Below are positions 35,018 to 46,272 of a DNA stretch of 64,000 nucleotides, in pieces. Source of the DNA: Eukaryota sp. TZLM1-RC. Taxonomy: Eukaryota > Protista > Metamonada: BaSk clade. The position numbers were made by a program, and so were the translations under genes. Positions within the stretch are counted from its first letter, which is position 1. Each line of letters starts with the position of its first letter. The stretch is from NCBI GenBank assembly GCA_040285825.1, contig JAUPSS010000003.1, positions 1,798,001-1,862,000 of the forward strand, read 5' to 3'. The notes under the pieces are model-generated. The model was not told the origin of the DNA. It saw only the letters and a list, made by a program, of their open reading frames with translations, and ran no database searches.

Positions 35018-36874
35018 TATTGCACATATTCTAATTTACATTTTGGTAACAACATTTTGATTTCATCAAGTGGCGTAAAGCAAGGAGATCCGTTAGGACC
35101 TCTTTTGTTTTGTTTGGCCATTCATCCTATTTTACTGCAAATTCAAGAGATGTTTCCTTTACTAAAAATGATTACATATATGGATGATGTTGTGCTTATT
35201 GGTGAATTAAATATTGTGAAAAAAGCAACTGTATGTTTTAAAGAATTATTTACCAAAATTGGTCTCCGACTTAATTTACTTAAATGTGTTTTGTTATCGA
35301 ATTCTCCAGTTTCCACAATAATTGATGATATTGAAATTCAAGCCAAATTATATTCAATTGATGCTATTCGTCAATTGGGTTCGTTTTTAGGAAATAATGA
35401 TGAAATTACCAAAAAATTGTTTGAAAAGTTGAACTCAATTTCTGACAAAATTGACCGAATGATGAATTTAGATATAAAAAAACACATCAAATTTACCATT
35501 ATAAGACTGTGTTTTAGTTCCAATTTTAATCATATATTTCGATCTACAAATCCTCTCGTCACTAGACCTTTGGCTCAAAAGTTTAATGAGTTACGTGCAA
35601 AAGTTCTGTCTCAATTACTGGGATGTAAAATGTTTCAAATTCCAGATCATGCTTACCTTAGTCCACAATATGGTGGTTTAGGGTGGACGAAAGCTTCTAT
35701 TCTTACCTCGTGTGCTTTTTGTTGGTGGATGCAGAAATGCAATCTTTGAGTTCTCCGAAAGATTTGCAGATTGGGAAGATTTATTGATGACAACGCAAAG
35801 TTCCACTGTTTTTGCATTAAATGAAGAAATTTCAAGAATTGATGTAGAAAAATGGGGTCGATGTTTTCCCCAATCATTCAATGGCAATATTCCAGAAAAA
35901 ATGTTTTAAATTTGAAGTACACTCTTCGAACATTACAGAAAAGATTGACTGGAATGTATGAAAAAGATCTTTATAATAATATTTGCAGCTCGGCTGTTTT
36001 AAATCAAGATCTTCACTCATTGTTATTGGAAAAGGGTGTTTGTGAAAACAAGGTGTCAGATTCTTCACTTTTTGTAACCATTGTACCACGAAGATTTGGA
36101 TTGTGTGCTACTAATGAAGCATTTGTAACAAAAATGAGATTATATTTGAACATCCCCATTAACCAATTATTATCAAAAGAAAAATGTATTTGTTCGAATT
36201 CACCTCAACTCACTTTGCGCCATGCTCTAAATTGCTCTAAATTGATAACTTATCGTTCTTCATTACATGATGCTGTTAGAGACACTGTTTTCAATATGGC
36301 ACAAACTGCAAGGATATCGTGTATCAAAGAGCCCCTGCTGAAAGAAACACTTTCTCTGAATAATTTTGGTTCTGATGATAGAGGTGATGTATACTGTGAT
36401 TGGATTGATAATTCTGAAGCTATTGTTGACTTTGTCTCATGTAATGTTGCAAACAATACTTTGGTTCACAGAAGAAAACTTAATCCTGTGGCTGCTCTGG
36501 ATTTTAAAGCAAAAGAAAAACATAGAAAATATGATAAAGAAATTGAAGATGCAAATATCGATAGAAATACACAGCTGGTTTTTATTGCTTTTCCATTTTC
36601 GATAAATGGAAGATTATCAGTTGAAGCAGAAACTTTTTTGGATGACTTCCAAAAAATGGTGAAAGAAAAAACAATGAAAAGATTTGATATTTTTTTATGG
36701 CGTTCACGGATTCAATTTGCCATTATTAAAGAGATTACCGCGGTTTTTCAATCGAATTAGAGAAGCTTTAGCTAGACAGCAAGCAAATCAAGATTTTGTA
36801 GAGGAAATCTTGGTTTAATGATAGTCGTCCCATTAGTTATGATTTAATTTAATCAAGTGTGCAAATTCAATAAA
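35018..36874 (+). mobile_element. RLE non-LTR family B, 5'-truncated within RT
   Basis: SSSGVKQGDPLGPLLFCLAIHP, YMDD, CCHC and RLE; frameshifts at about 35720, 35900 and 36730; ends at AATAAA. Confidence 0.92.
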
Positions 36875-37184
36875 TTAATTTATACCAAATGGGAAAACTG
36901 TCAAGATTTTGCAGATTTAGGAACACAAATTCCAATAGTTGAAATTAATTCAAATAATATGGCTTTAGATTATAGCCGAAAAGTCCAGTATTTATAATTA
37001 TATTTATTTATCAGAAAACCTATAAATCAACACCTAAATGATCCATCTCTCCCAATACAAAACAACTAGCTGCAACTCTTTCATAGTGAGATAAAAGAAA
37101 AGGCAAAGCATCAGAAACCATCTTCAACGTTGCCTTAAAAATAGAAAACACAATTCTATTTTGCCAAAACAATCTGTTTAAATT

Positions 37185-40011
37185 TCTTTTTTTTAAAAAA
37201 CTGGAATATTTATTGAGATAAAAATAACCATCTAGAATTCAATATCCTCCAAACAAGCGTCACTATTACTAAACCTACTCACAGCATTACGCTCATATTC
37301 TACACCAATAGCTAAAAGTGCCTTCGAAATCATTGTAGGAATAGACTTGAAAATGCAAAAAACAATTCTATTTAACCAGAAAGTGGAGTTCATTGTTTTA
37401 TCAGACCTATTCAGTAACACCTTTTTAAAATTTTCCAAAAAGTACAACCCTGAACGTCCAATATTGCCAAAAAGAGAAATTGCAAACGGCACAAACTGAT
37501 ATTTCACATGTTCCACTCTACCTAACTGTGCCAAAGGTTCTTCATATTTTTTATTTTGATTTTTTCGGCGTTAGATAACGGCGAATCAGCGGAATACACT
37601 AAACGAGCAGCAGAATTTTTGCAAACATCAACCGAGACAACATCCACAACATTGAGAACACCATCGATCCCTGGAGCTACTAAATCTGCCCTTTTTTTAC
37701 CAAAGGAATCATCAGTTTGATCTGAAGACAGCTTACGTAATAATGGCTCAATAAATGCCTCTATATTGAAACTTTTGCACATGGCATATAATTGATCACG
37801 AACTGAGTCATGAACAATTGAGCGATAAGTTATAAAATACTTACATTTTAAAATATGGGAAAGCGTTATAACACTCTTGCAGCGACAAATCATCTGGTAA
37901 ACATCAAGGCCATAGAAAACATCTCATTCTCATTGCAGTGGTCCATTGGTGATCATTAAGTAGAAGGCCATAAATGTTGGGAATTTGGGAGATTAGGCAA
38001 CTTGAGCAACTGTCTTCAAGATCAATCAAAAAGTTTGCAAAAACGGGATTTTTTTTCTTTAGCCAAGCTAAGACGTACAATATAATCCAAGTTTTCTAAA
38101 ACTTTCAAGATCTTTTTTTGCAATTTTGCAAAAGTCAGTGGTAAGGAGAGCAAGCTTCTTGAAGGAAGTTCCGCAATATCAGAGGGGAAACATTTAGCCC
38201 AAATATTGGGTGAAAGAGTTTCAATTTCCTGTTGCAAAGAAATAAGATAAGAGCTCCCACAATTTTCAATGAGATGAATTTTTTCAGGAAAACGATTCAC
38301 AAATTCATAAATAAAATTCTTTCCACCTCCAATAAAGGCAGCTTTACAAAGGTAGCTTGATTTATGAAAATCAACACCACCAAAATTTGTACCACAAAAA
38401 ATGTGCCTTCGTAACTGAGATGCATCAATTTTCAATAATTTTGCTAAAAAATTGGTTCTTTGTTCATTAAAAATGCGACAAAACTCCAAAGAAATTGATG
38501 GTGATGTTGATCTCAAAATATGAGTAAATTTTCCAGAATACCAGATTTTTTGGAAAAAGAATTTCAAATGTTTCTCAATATTTAAATTGTCTATTGATTC
38601 AAATTCATTTCCAAATTGAGTCAACAGAGTCGAAAGTTGGCCTTTAACTTCATCAATAATTCCGAGATAACAACCCAAAATACGAAAACCAGACTGATCA
38701 TAATCGATAAAGTGGACATTGACATCATTAATGAAAAAATCAATTGGTTCATGGCCAATAATCAAACATTTGGAGATATTCAATGCGAGACCAATATCTT
38801 CATAACGCTGTTGAATAAAAGTTGCTGTTTGTTTCAGAATTGTAATAGGAGCAAATACAGAAATGTCATCCATATATGCTACAATATCTATTTCTGAGAA
38901 TTTTCTTTCAATTCGCACATCAATGGATGAATTGCCAGACAAAAGAAAAAAGGACCAAGTGGATCACCTTGTTTAACACCTGAAGATGAAAGCAGGTCAA
39001 AGTTTTCATAGACCAATGTGGTTGATTTTCCATAAAATGAATAGAAAAAAGGCTCAACTTCAGGAAAATGCTTTCGCAGCAAAGGTAAAATGGAAGAGCG
39101 AGATACAGAATTGAAAGCATTCTTAAAATCTAAATTGAAGATTTAATTAGAATCACTAGAATTAAAAAACACATCCGACGAAAGTGCAGCAGAAGAAGCA
39201 CCATCAATTGTCTTGATTCCAAATTGAAATGGACTGAAAAATTCCTTGGCTTTTTTCCCAATTCTATTGAAAACAAGAGACGCAAGAATTCTTGAAAACG
39301 ATTCTCCAATTGCAATTGGACGGATTTTGGATTGACTTTTTTTGAGAGCAATTAAGCGAGCACTGGTCATCCCAAAAGGGACTATAATTTTTAACGTAAG
39401 AAGATTGTTGAAAAAAAGAACAAGATCATCAGCAATTTCAGGACACTGTCCAACAGCTGATTTGCTCATGTCAAAATTCAACAAAGATGGCCCAGGAGCT
39501 TTTCCAGTAGGCATTTGCTGAATCAGTTTCAATACCTCAGAAGCATTGACAGGATTTTGCAGCCAATAATCAACTGAATCTGGTTTAGTACAATGAAAAT
39601 TTTCTTCCGGATGAAGATGATTCAATTGGAACAATGTGCTTTCATTACATTCAGCTAAATCAGAAGAAAATAAACATTGTTTTGCAGATCCAAAACGTCC
39701 TTTTAAAGCTAATTTTCTCACTAATTTTTCTTTCGAAAAAAACATTTTTTTTAAAATTTGATTTTTTCGATAAAAGTTTATTTATCTTTTTCCAGAAAAA
39801 ATTTCCAAATAGGCGTAACATCCCATAATCCTTTACGGAGATTTTCAGTGAAAGCACGAAGAACAACAGCAAAAGGTATCGAAGCCAACGGACTAAGCTG
39901 AGCAGGAACACGAATGGGACAACGTAGCTGATCAGCAGCAACACAAGAATCACAAAAAAGTAAAGGTCGACCAGAATCATTGACAGCAACACGCTTTCGA
40001 CAAAAAACACA
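37185..40011 (-). mobile_element. RLE non-LTR family A, longest copy (N-terminal CxxC..CxxC, RT, CCHC, RLE), frameshifted
   Basis: KIRPIAIGE, QFGI, GVKQGDPLGP, AYMDD, RADLV..VVDVVSVD; upstream CVFCRKR..FCDSC finger at about 39830-40010. Confidence 0.92.
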
Positions 40012-40530
40012 AATGGAAATTTCTGTTAGTTTTTCTCTTTATAATCATTTCACAATCTGCCAAAAAACGTATAGCCGTTGGAGCAAGTGAACCAAATAGA
40101 GAAAATACAAATGGATACAAATTGTATTTTACAAGTTGCAGACTGGCCAATTTGGAAAAAGGTTCATTGTATTTTTTGATTTTGAAATTTTCAGCATTTG
40201 AAAGAGGATTATGAATTTCAGAATTAACAAGCCTTTCATTTGAGGCATTACAAGGATCAACAGACAATACATCCAATAAAATGAAGCTTCCATTTAATCC
40301 AGGTAATATGACATCACCTCTATTATTCTTATGGAAATCATCTTCAGTATCAAATAGATTTGGCAAAAGAGGTTCCAAAAAGGATTAAATTGTATAAGAC
40401 TTACGTGTACAATATAATTGGTCTCTTACAACATCATGAACCTTGCTTCTAAAAGTAATAAAATGTTTATATTTTAACAAATGAGTAATTGTAATTTATC
40501 GAGAACATTTACAAATTAAATTATTTCAGA
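40012..40530 (-). mobile_element. RLE non-LTR family D fragment (RLE domain)
   Basis: EPLL..NRGDVILPG..LLDVLSVD..AENFKIKKY..PFVFSLFG; truncated at the junction with family A. Confidence 0.8.
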
Positions 40531-41099
40531 ATTTAGTGATTGTAATTGCAACTGTATTGTTGTATTGTCACTTGAGTGATTACTGAATACTGTTCTCTCG
40601 AATTGCCCTTTAATCATATAATCGAATTTTCTTTAATCACTTCAAATTGTGGTGCATGCGTTGAACAAAATGTCACTCAAACTTAACTTCCACTAGCATA
40701 TTCCAAAAGTTCGGTAGCCCTTTTGAGAACGTTTTTGAGAATCATTTGGATATATTTCCAAAGATTCACTCATAAAAAAATATAGATACACCTTCCATTT
40801 TTTCACACACAAATCAACATGGAGAAGACTTGCTTCTGACAGATATACTGATTAGTGGATTTTAACTCAAACAAAAAGTCAACCTGAGCTTGAGCTGAGT
40901 TGCAATTAAATTTTCCAAGTCAAATGTTACTCAATTCTAATTCATGCCAAATTCCAGAATTACTGTCTTCTGATAACTGATCTTACTTACTGAAAGAATG
41001 ATCAAAATTCTTGAATGGTAAATCACCAACAAAATCGTTTTGACTAAAATTTTTACTATTTGTTGACGTTTCTATCTCATTTATGAAAATTGGTTCAAG

Positions 41100-41310
41100 A
41101 AAAAATATCGAAAAATTTGATATCTTTTGATGGCGCTCTCGAACTCATTTTGCCATTATCAATAGATTGCCTCGATTTGTCAATCGAATCAGAGAAGCTT
41201 TAGCTAGACAGCAAGCAAATCATAATTTTGTAGAGGAAATCTTGGTTCAATGAATTTAGTCCCATAAGTTATGTGTTTATTTAGTTAAGTGTGCATGTTC
41301 AATAAATAAT
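41100..41310 (+). mobile_element. Family B 3'-end fragment
   Basis: Matches FDIF..WRSR..REALARQQAN..VEEILV and the 3' UTR to AATAAA. Confidence 0.8.
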
Positions 41311-41687
41311 TGTTTTATAAAGAAAGTAGAAATTCATTAAGAATTACTTGAAGCACCCAATTTTTTGACCACATAGGAAAAATTGTTGACAAAATGTTTT
41401 GGCAGAACAGAATTCTGATTTCAATTTTTAAAGGCGTTGTCCCCTTATTGTCTTCTGCTTTATCTCTTGATCGTTTTTACGAAGGAAAAACTTCCAGTCA
41501 ATTCTTTTTGGCTGATTTGGGATATGAGAATTCAGAATTTTGATTTTTGTGTTTAGTTTCTCGGTGGAGAAAAAAATGGGAGTGTGAATAGAAAAAATGA
41601 AGCCCCCAAAAGCTAATTTGGAATTGGTGAACAAGGAGCAACTGTCAAGTACAATACGAAGCTCACCGATAACAGTGTACACTCCTG

Positions 41688-44399
41688 ATGCTTCCATCTC
41701 ATGTCAGTCGTGTCAAGTGTACCTTCAGCCAAGGTTGTGATGTCACTGTCATCAGTGGCCCTCTTGGAGGCAGTCTTTGTGTAGCCGCCCCTCTGTTGTC
41801 TAAGGAGTGCGTCTTTTCCATCGATATACGCGATGACTGTCATGTTGATGGTTATACACTTATCATATCATCACTTGAGTGCTGTCTCGTGAGTACTGTC
41901 AAGACTCTAGATTACACATCTACACCTAATTCAACTCATGCTCTGCTTCTTGATTCATCATCAAGTGAGAACGTTTATAACACTGCTTCTTCACTCCTTA
42001 CGTCTATCCTTGCTCCATCCAAAATTCGCATTGTCAAGGGTTCCCGTAAGGCCGCTGATCTCACTCTCACTGAACTCTGGCGTCACTTAGCCATTCATAC
42101 CACTGCAATTCCTGTCACTCCCCTTCTTTCTCTTCCTAAAGTAGCTGCCGGAGTCCGCAACGCCACCGACATCCCATCTGCACTCTCTTCCTTTTGTATC
42201 AAACCCCTACCTGTCTCTCTCACCAATCACTCCACCTCCTACCTCGAGTCTACCTCTCTCCGCCTCAACATCAACGTAGCCCAGTCCACATGGATGACAC
42301 TTAAGCTCTATGAGCAGATCATTCATCGAAACCTCTTATCGGGATCTCCTCTCCGCTTCACTGTCTCTGTGCCTAGGTTGTGTTGTAATGCTACTAAGGG
42401 ATGTGGGGTGCGGTTGGGTTCGTTCCTGGAGGCCAAACCACACGTGGACAGTGGACATGTACTTTCCTGTCCAATTTCAATGACTATGATTCAAATAGTT
42501 TCTAAGTTTTCCTCGCCTTTAACTGTTCTACAGGCAAAGTGTGGAACTTTTTGCCTGGGTGGCACATATTCAAATCACGTGATTCTTTGTGCCACGTGTC
42601 AGAAGTCTCCAGAAGTCAATGAAATTGATCTATGTGATGTTTGTTGGTTACCACTTGTGCTCGGGACTTGTTTTGATCATTGTAAATGTACGAAAAATAA
42701 GAATAGGTTGCTCAAATACCCAAGAAAAATCCAAGTAAAGCAAGAGAATACGGCAGATGATCCACCTGAATTACCCGCCACTACTACTGAAACTACTACA
42801 TGCAAAAAAACTTTGGATATTGACACGTCATCAAACCTTAACTCTCCTAGGACTCCCCTTGTTAATGCAAGTAATCAGGAATTTAGGTGTTATTTTTGCA
42901 GTAGTTGTTCCAGTATTTCTGATGTGTATAATAATCATTTTGAATCAGAAATCTCCCAATTACCCCCTTTAATTGTTGCTTCTTCTTTTAGTTGCCCTCA
43001 ATGCAGGGAAGCTCATCCAGGGCTATCTGGAATTAATTCTCATCTAATGAGTTGTTTCGAATCATCTGAAGGTAAAGATAAAGTTGATCCTCTAGATTGT
43101 TTGATGGTTAAATGCTTAGCTTGTGGAGTTTTGTTTGGTCACTTTGCGGCTATTAGGCATGCTGCGTCATGTCTTGGTCACAGTTCTTCAATCAAAACAC
43201 CAATCAAAACACCAATCAACGAATCAATCAAAACACCAATCAATTCAGCAATCAAGGAGGTGATTAAAGAGCCAGAATCAACGACATCTTTAAGTCAAGT
43301 CAAGGAAGAATCATCTATACCACCACTAAAGAAAACTAAAGTGGAATCTAGTAGTGATTCTAGTACCGAAACTTATGACTCAATAGACGAATACGAGTCG
43401 TACTCTGAATCTGAAAGTGACTCTGAAAGCGAATCTGAAAGCGAATCTGAAAAGGTCAAGGATAAGGTCATAAATAAGGGTCAAAAACCAGAAGATCCAC
43501 CAAAACCTGCAATTAACTGCATGTTTTGTAAGCTTGTTTTTCCCTCCGAATATGCTATGTCTCGCCACCTGCTAACTCGTCACAAGAAGGAGTTAATCAT
43601 TTCTGTTACAGACTTAAGTGTGTATCACGCTTTGCCGCGAGCAATGAAGTCTTTGCTCTCTAAATCACGATACGACCCTTTTAGATGTCTTCTTTGTGAT
43701 CCAAATGCTCCACCGGTGTCTAATTGCAAACTCCCCTCTGAAAGAATGTATTTTAAAAAGTTAATTCATGGAGTAATTCATCTAACGACTTTTCATCCGG
43801 ATTTCAAATACAATAACAAGGCACCTTTGCTCCAAGGTTGCAGTTGTAGATGCAAAAGTGTTTTGTTCATGGTAGATGATTTCAAAAGTCATTTTAAAAA
43901 CTGCGAAGAATATCAAGCTCTAATGGGATCAAAACCATCCAATCAATCAAATCATCAATCAAATCATCAATCAAAAGATGTATCAAATCATCGGTCTGAT
44001 AGACATTGTATCAAATGCTGCTTCTGTTCAATTGATGTAGCTCGTGATCAATTAGTCAATCATGTGGCTAAAGTGCATCCCAACAAAATTGTTGAATCAG
44101 TAGCATCTCCAGCACTTGCAATACCAGAATTACTCGCCAAGTTCGTCAAAATGAGAGTTGATAGGGCGTATTCTAGAACTGAAACCCTTTTTGATTGCTC
44201 TCTTTGTTCAAACTCTAAACCAATGCCTCTGTTTGATGGTTTGGTGCATCTTATGAGTCATGGAACAGCTAGGGGAAAGCTTTTGGTAACAGGTTCTGTA
44301 CCTAAGTTTTCTTGTACTTTGTGTAATGTTGAATTTGATACTATCGATTCGGAACCTTTAATAGATCATTTCAAGACCTTCCATCGAATGAGTGTGTAA
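41688..44399 (+). CDS. Multi-zinc-finger (C2H2-like/CxxC) protein, 903 aa
   Basis: Many CxxC..H motifs (CMFCKLVFPSEYAMSRHLLTRH); acidic SE tract; C-terminal half paralogous to 57564-58748. Confidence 0.85.
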   Translation: MLPSHVSRVKCTFSQGCDVTVISGPLGGSLCVAAPLLSKECVFSIDIRDDCHVDGYTLIISSLECCLVSTVKTLDYTSTPNSTHALLLDSSSSENVYNTASSLLTSILAPSKIRIVKGSRKAADLTLTELWRHLAIHTTAIPVTPLLSLPKVAAGVRNATDIPSALSSFCIKPLPVSLTNHSTSYLESTSLRLNINVAQSTWMTLKLYEQIIHRNLLSGSPLRFTVSVPRLCCNATKGCGVRLGSFLEAKPHVDSGHVLSCPISMTMIQIVSKFSSPLTVLQAKCGTFCLGGTYSNHVILCATCQKSPEVNEIDLCDVCWLPLVLGTCFDHCKCTKNKNRLLKYPRKIQVKQENTADDPPELPATTTETTTCKKTLDIDTSSNLNSPRTPLVNASNQEFRCYFCSSCSSISDVYNNHFESEISQLPPLIVASSFSCPQCREAHPGLSGINSHLMSCFESSEGKDKVDPLDCLMVKCLACGVLFGHFAAIRHAASCLGHSSSIKTPIKTPINESIKTPINSAIKEVIKEPESTTSLSQVKEESSIPPLKKTKVESSSDSSTETYDSIDEYESYSESESDSESESESESEKVKDKVINKGQKPEDPPKPAINCMFCKLVFPSEYAMSRHLLTRHKKELIISVTDLSVYHALPRAMKSLLSKSRYDPFRCLLCDPNAPPVSNCKLPSERMYFKKLIHGVIHLTTFHPDFKYNNKAPLLQGCSCRCKSVLFMVDDFKSHFKNCEEYQALMGSKPSNQSNHQSNHQSKDVSNHRSDRHCIKCCFCSIDVARDQLVNHVAKVHPNKIVESVASPALAIPELLAKFVKMRVDRAYSRTETLFDCSLCSNSKPMPLFDGLVHLMSHGTARGKLLVTGSVPKFSCTLCNVEFDTIDSEPLIDHFKTFHRMSV

Positions 44400-44596
44400 T
44401 TGTTTATTTAATTTCTTATTATTTTTAATTAATTTATTATTATTTTATTTAATTGATTTTCTTATTTTTCAGCTAGTTAAACAATTGTTTTCTTTTTTTT
44501 GAAATTTTTGTCTTTTAAGTTTATTTAGTCTTTTTAGCTTTTTAGTTTTTCTACTATGTATTTATTGTTTTGCTGCTCATAAAGCGTTTACTTATG

Positions 44597-45643
44597 TTAG
44601 ACAAACAAATCATACAGTTTGCGAAAACCATCGGTCAAGTCATCTATAAATTCCTTACTAGATCTACGTACTGCCAATGCTTTACCACGACTTCCTTCTT
44701 TTATAAACCTTGATCTCAGCCCCCCAGATAAAACCTTGCCATCAACAATGATATTGGGGATGTCTATTATATGGTTGACATAGTTTACTGCTAAAACATC
44801 GAGATGATGACTTGTAGCATTATTACATTCAATAACACATAGACGAATGACCACATTCGGTCTCATCATCAATGCTGCAAGAAGTAGATCTTCATGATCT
44901 ACTCCCATCAATACATCTGTATGGTGTAGCGTTTTGATTAATTCTGACACTGAAAGAGCTTGCAGATCAACATGATTTATGGTTAAGTTGGCTTTTCTTG
45001 AGAAATAGTTTATGTGTCTTTGAAAGTTGGTGGTTGCTTTTCTTGAGGCTATGGATAAGTCACCATTATCTCGTTCAATTACAGTGACAGTAGGTTGCTC
45101 TCTACACCTCCATTTGGTCCTGTACTGTTGCCGTAATACATCACGAAATGTTCTTAGGATAGAGGGAACAGATGAGTTATTAATATGGGAATCTTTGTAA
45201 ATAATTACTCTGTCAACGTCATAAAGCAAGAACGAATCATTGTTTAAAAAAATAGTACTTATAACAAACCCTTGCAGCAATTCAAGATAATGATAATAGC
45301 ATGTAGAATTTCGGATAAGCAGAACCACATTAGATTGCTCACTTCTGGACACATGAACAGTAGGGAGAGCCACTGTGAATAGAAATTCTTTGAAAGAACT
45401 GCAAGTTGGACCATTCAAAATGAGCAATGGGTGATGAATAGTGTTGCGTTGAGAATGTTGATATTGTGTGGAGTTGTATTGAATATTGTGTACTGTGATG
45501 TTTGTATTTGTATTGGTTATTACATCATAATGCTTCCCGTGAATAAGGGAGGATGTCTTAGTAGGTGATTCCTGCCCAACGTAAGGTGTGAAATAAGTAC
45601 CAACAAACAGTGAAAGTAACAGTAGCTGGTGAGACACTAGCAT
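44597..45643 (-). CDS. Glycosyltransferase family 61-like protein (degenerate HGAGL motif); start uncertain
   Basis: Signal anchor MLVSHQLLLLSLFVG; VTVIER..VDLQALSVSELIKTLHHTDVLMGV..LMMRP resembles the GT61/DUF563 C-terminus; candidate 34-nt GTTTG..CAG intron at 45661-45694 upstream. Confidence 0.55.
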   Translation of the reverse strand: MLVSHQLLLLSLFVGTYFTPYVGQESPTKTSSLIHGKHYDVITNTNTNITVHNIQYNSTQYQHSQRNTIHHPLLILNGPTCSSFKEFLFTVALPTVHVSRSEQSNVVLLIRNSTCYYHYLELLQGFVISTIFLNNDSFLLYDVDRVIIYKDSHINNSSVPSILRTFRDVLRQQYRTKWRCREQPTVTVIERDNGDLSIASRKATTNFQRHINYFSRKANLTINHVDLQALSVSELIKTLHHTDVLMGVDHEDLLLAALMMRPNVVIRLCVIECNNATSHHLDVLAVNYVNHIIDIPNIIVDGKVLSGGLRSRFIKEGSRGKALAVRRSSKEFIDDLTDGFRKLYDLFV

Positions 45644-46182
45644 AAGGAGCGAAAGATATCCTGTAAAGTTAAAGGTCACCTAAGCATTCCAAACTGGAAA
45701 AAAACAAAGAGTTTAGACGGAGTAACAACGACCAAAACAGCTAGAGGGTAAATGGAGCTGATGTTGATGACCACTAATAGAGATACAGTAGATAGGCATT
45801 TGATACCATTGTGGAAATTAGCAATCAATTTGAAATTGCAATCAGCATGTCAGACATCGTGTCAGACAGTGAGATTATCTTGACTCTTCCCATTCTTCTA
45901 ACATCATGCAGCGAAACGAGAAAGAGGTTACTAGGTTACGGACCCGGTTCCTGCCTCTTCCTTCAACCTGTGCTTCATAGAACAGCAGAGTACTTCTTCC
46001 CGAACTCCTCAGTCGGGAACAGTCATCCTGCTTAACAGGAATAAATGGAAGGTCAGAGCCTCGATCTCTTATCGGAATCGTCGTTCTGATCCTTCGGTGG
46101 GGTAGAGTATTGCACTTTTTTCAGTCATCATGTGAGTCATGATATTGGTGCTGAATCAGCCAAGGTGATAATCACCTTGGAT

Positions 46183-46272
46183 ATGGGATGTTCTTCTTTG
46201 TGTTTTGTTTTCAATTGTTATTTTGATGTTTTTGAGCTTGTTGATTTTTGTGGTTTAACTATTTGTAATGTA
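46183..46272. repeat. About 96-nt degenerate tandem repeat, unit left of the family B insertion
   Basis: Continues the array at 48733-49110 once the insertion and TSD are removed. Confidence 0.75.
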
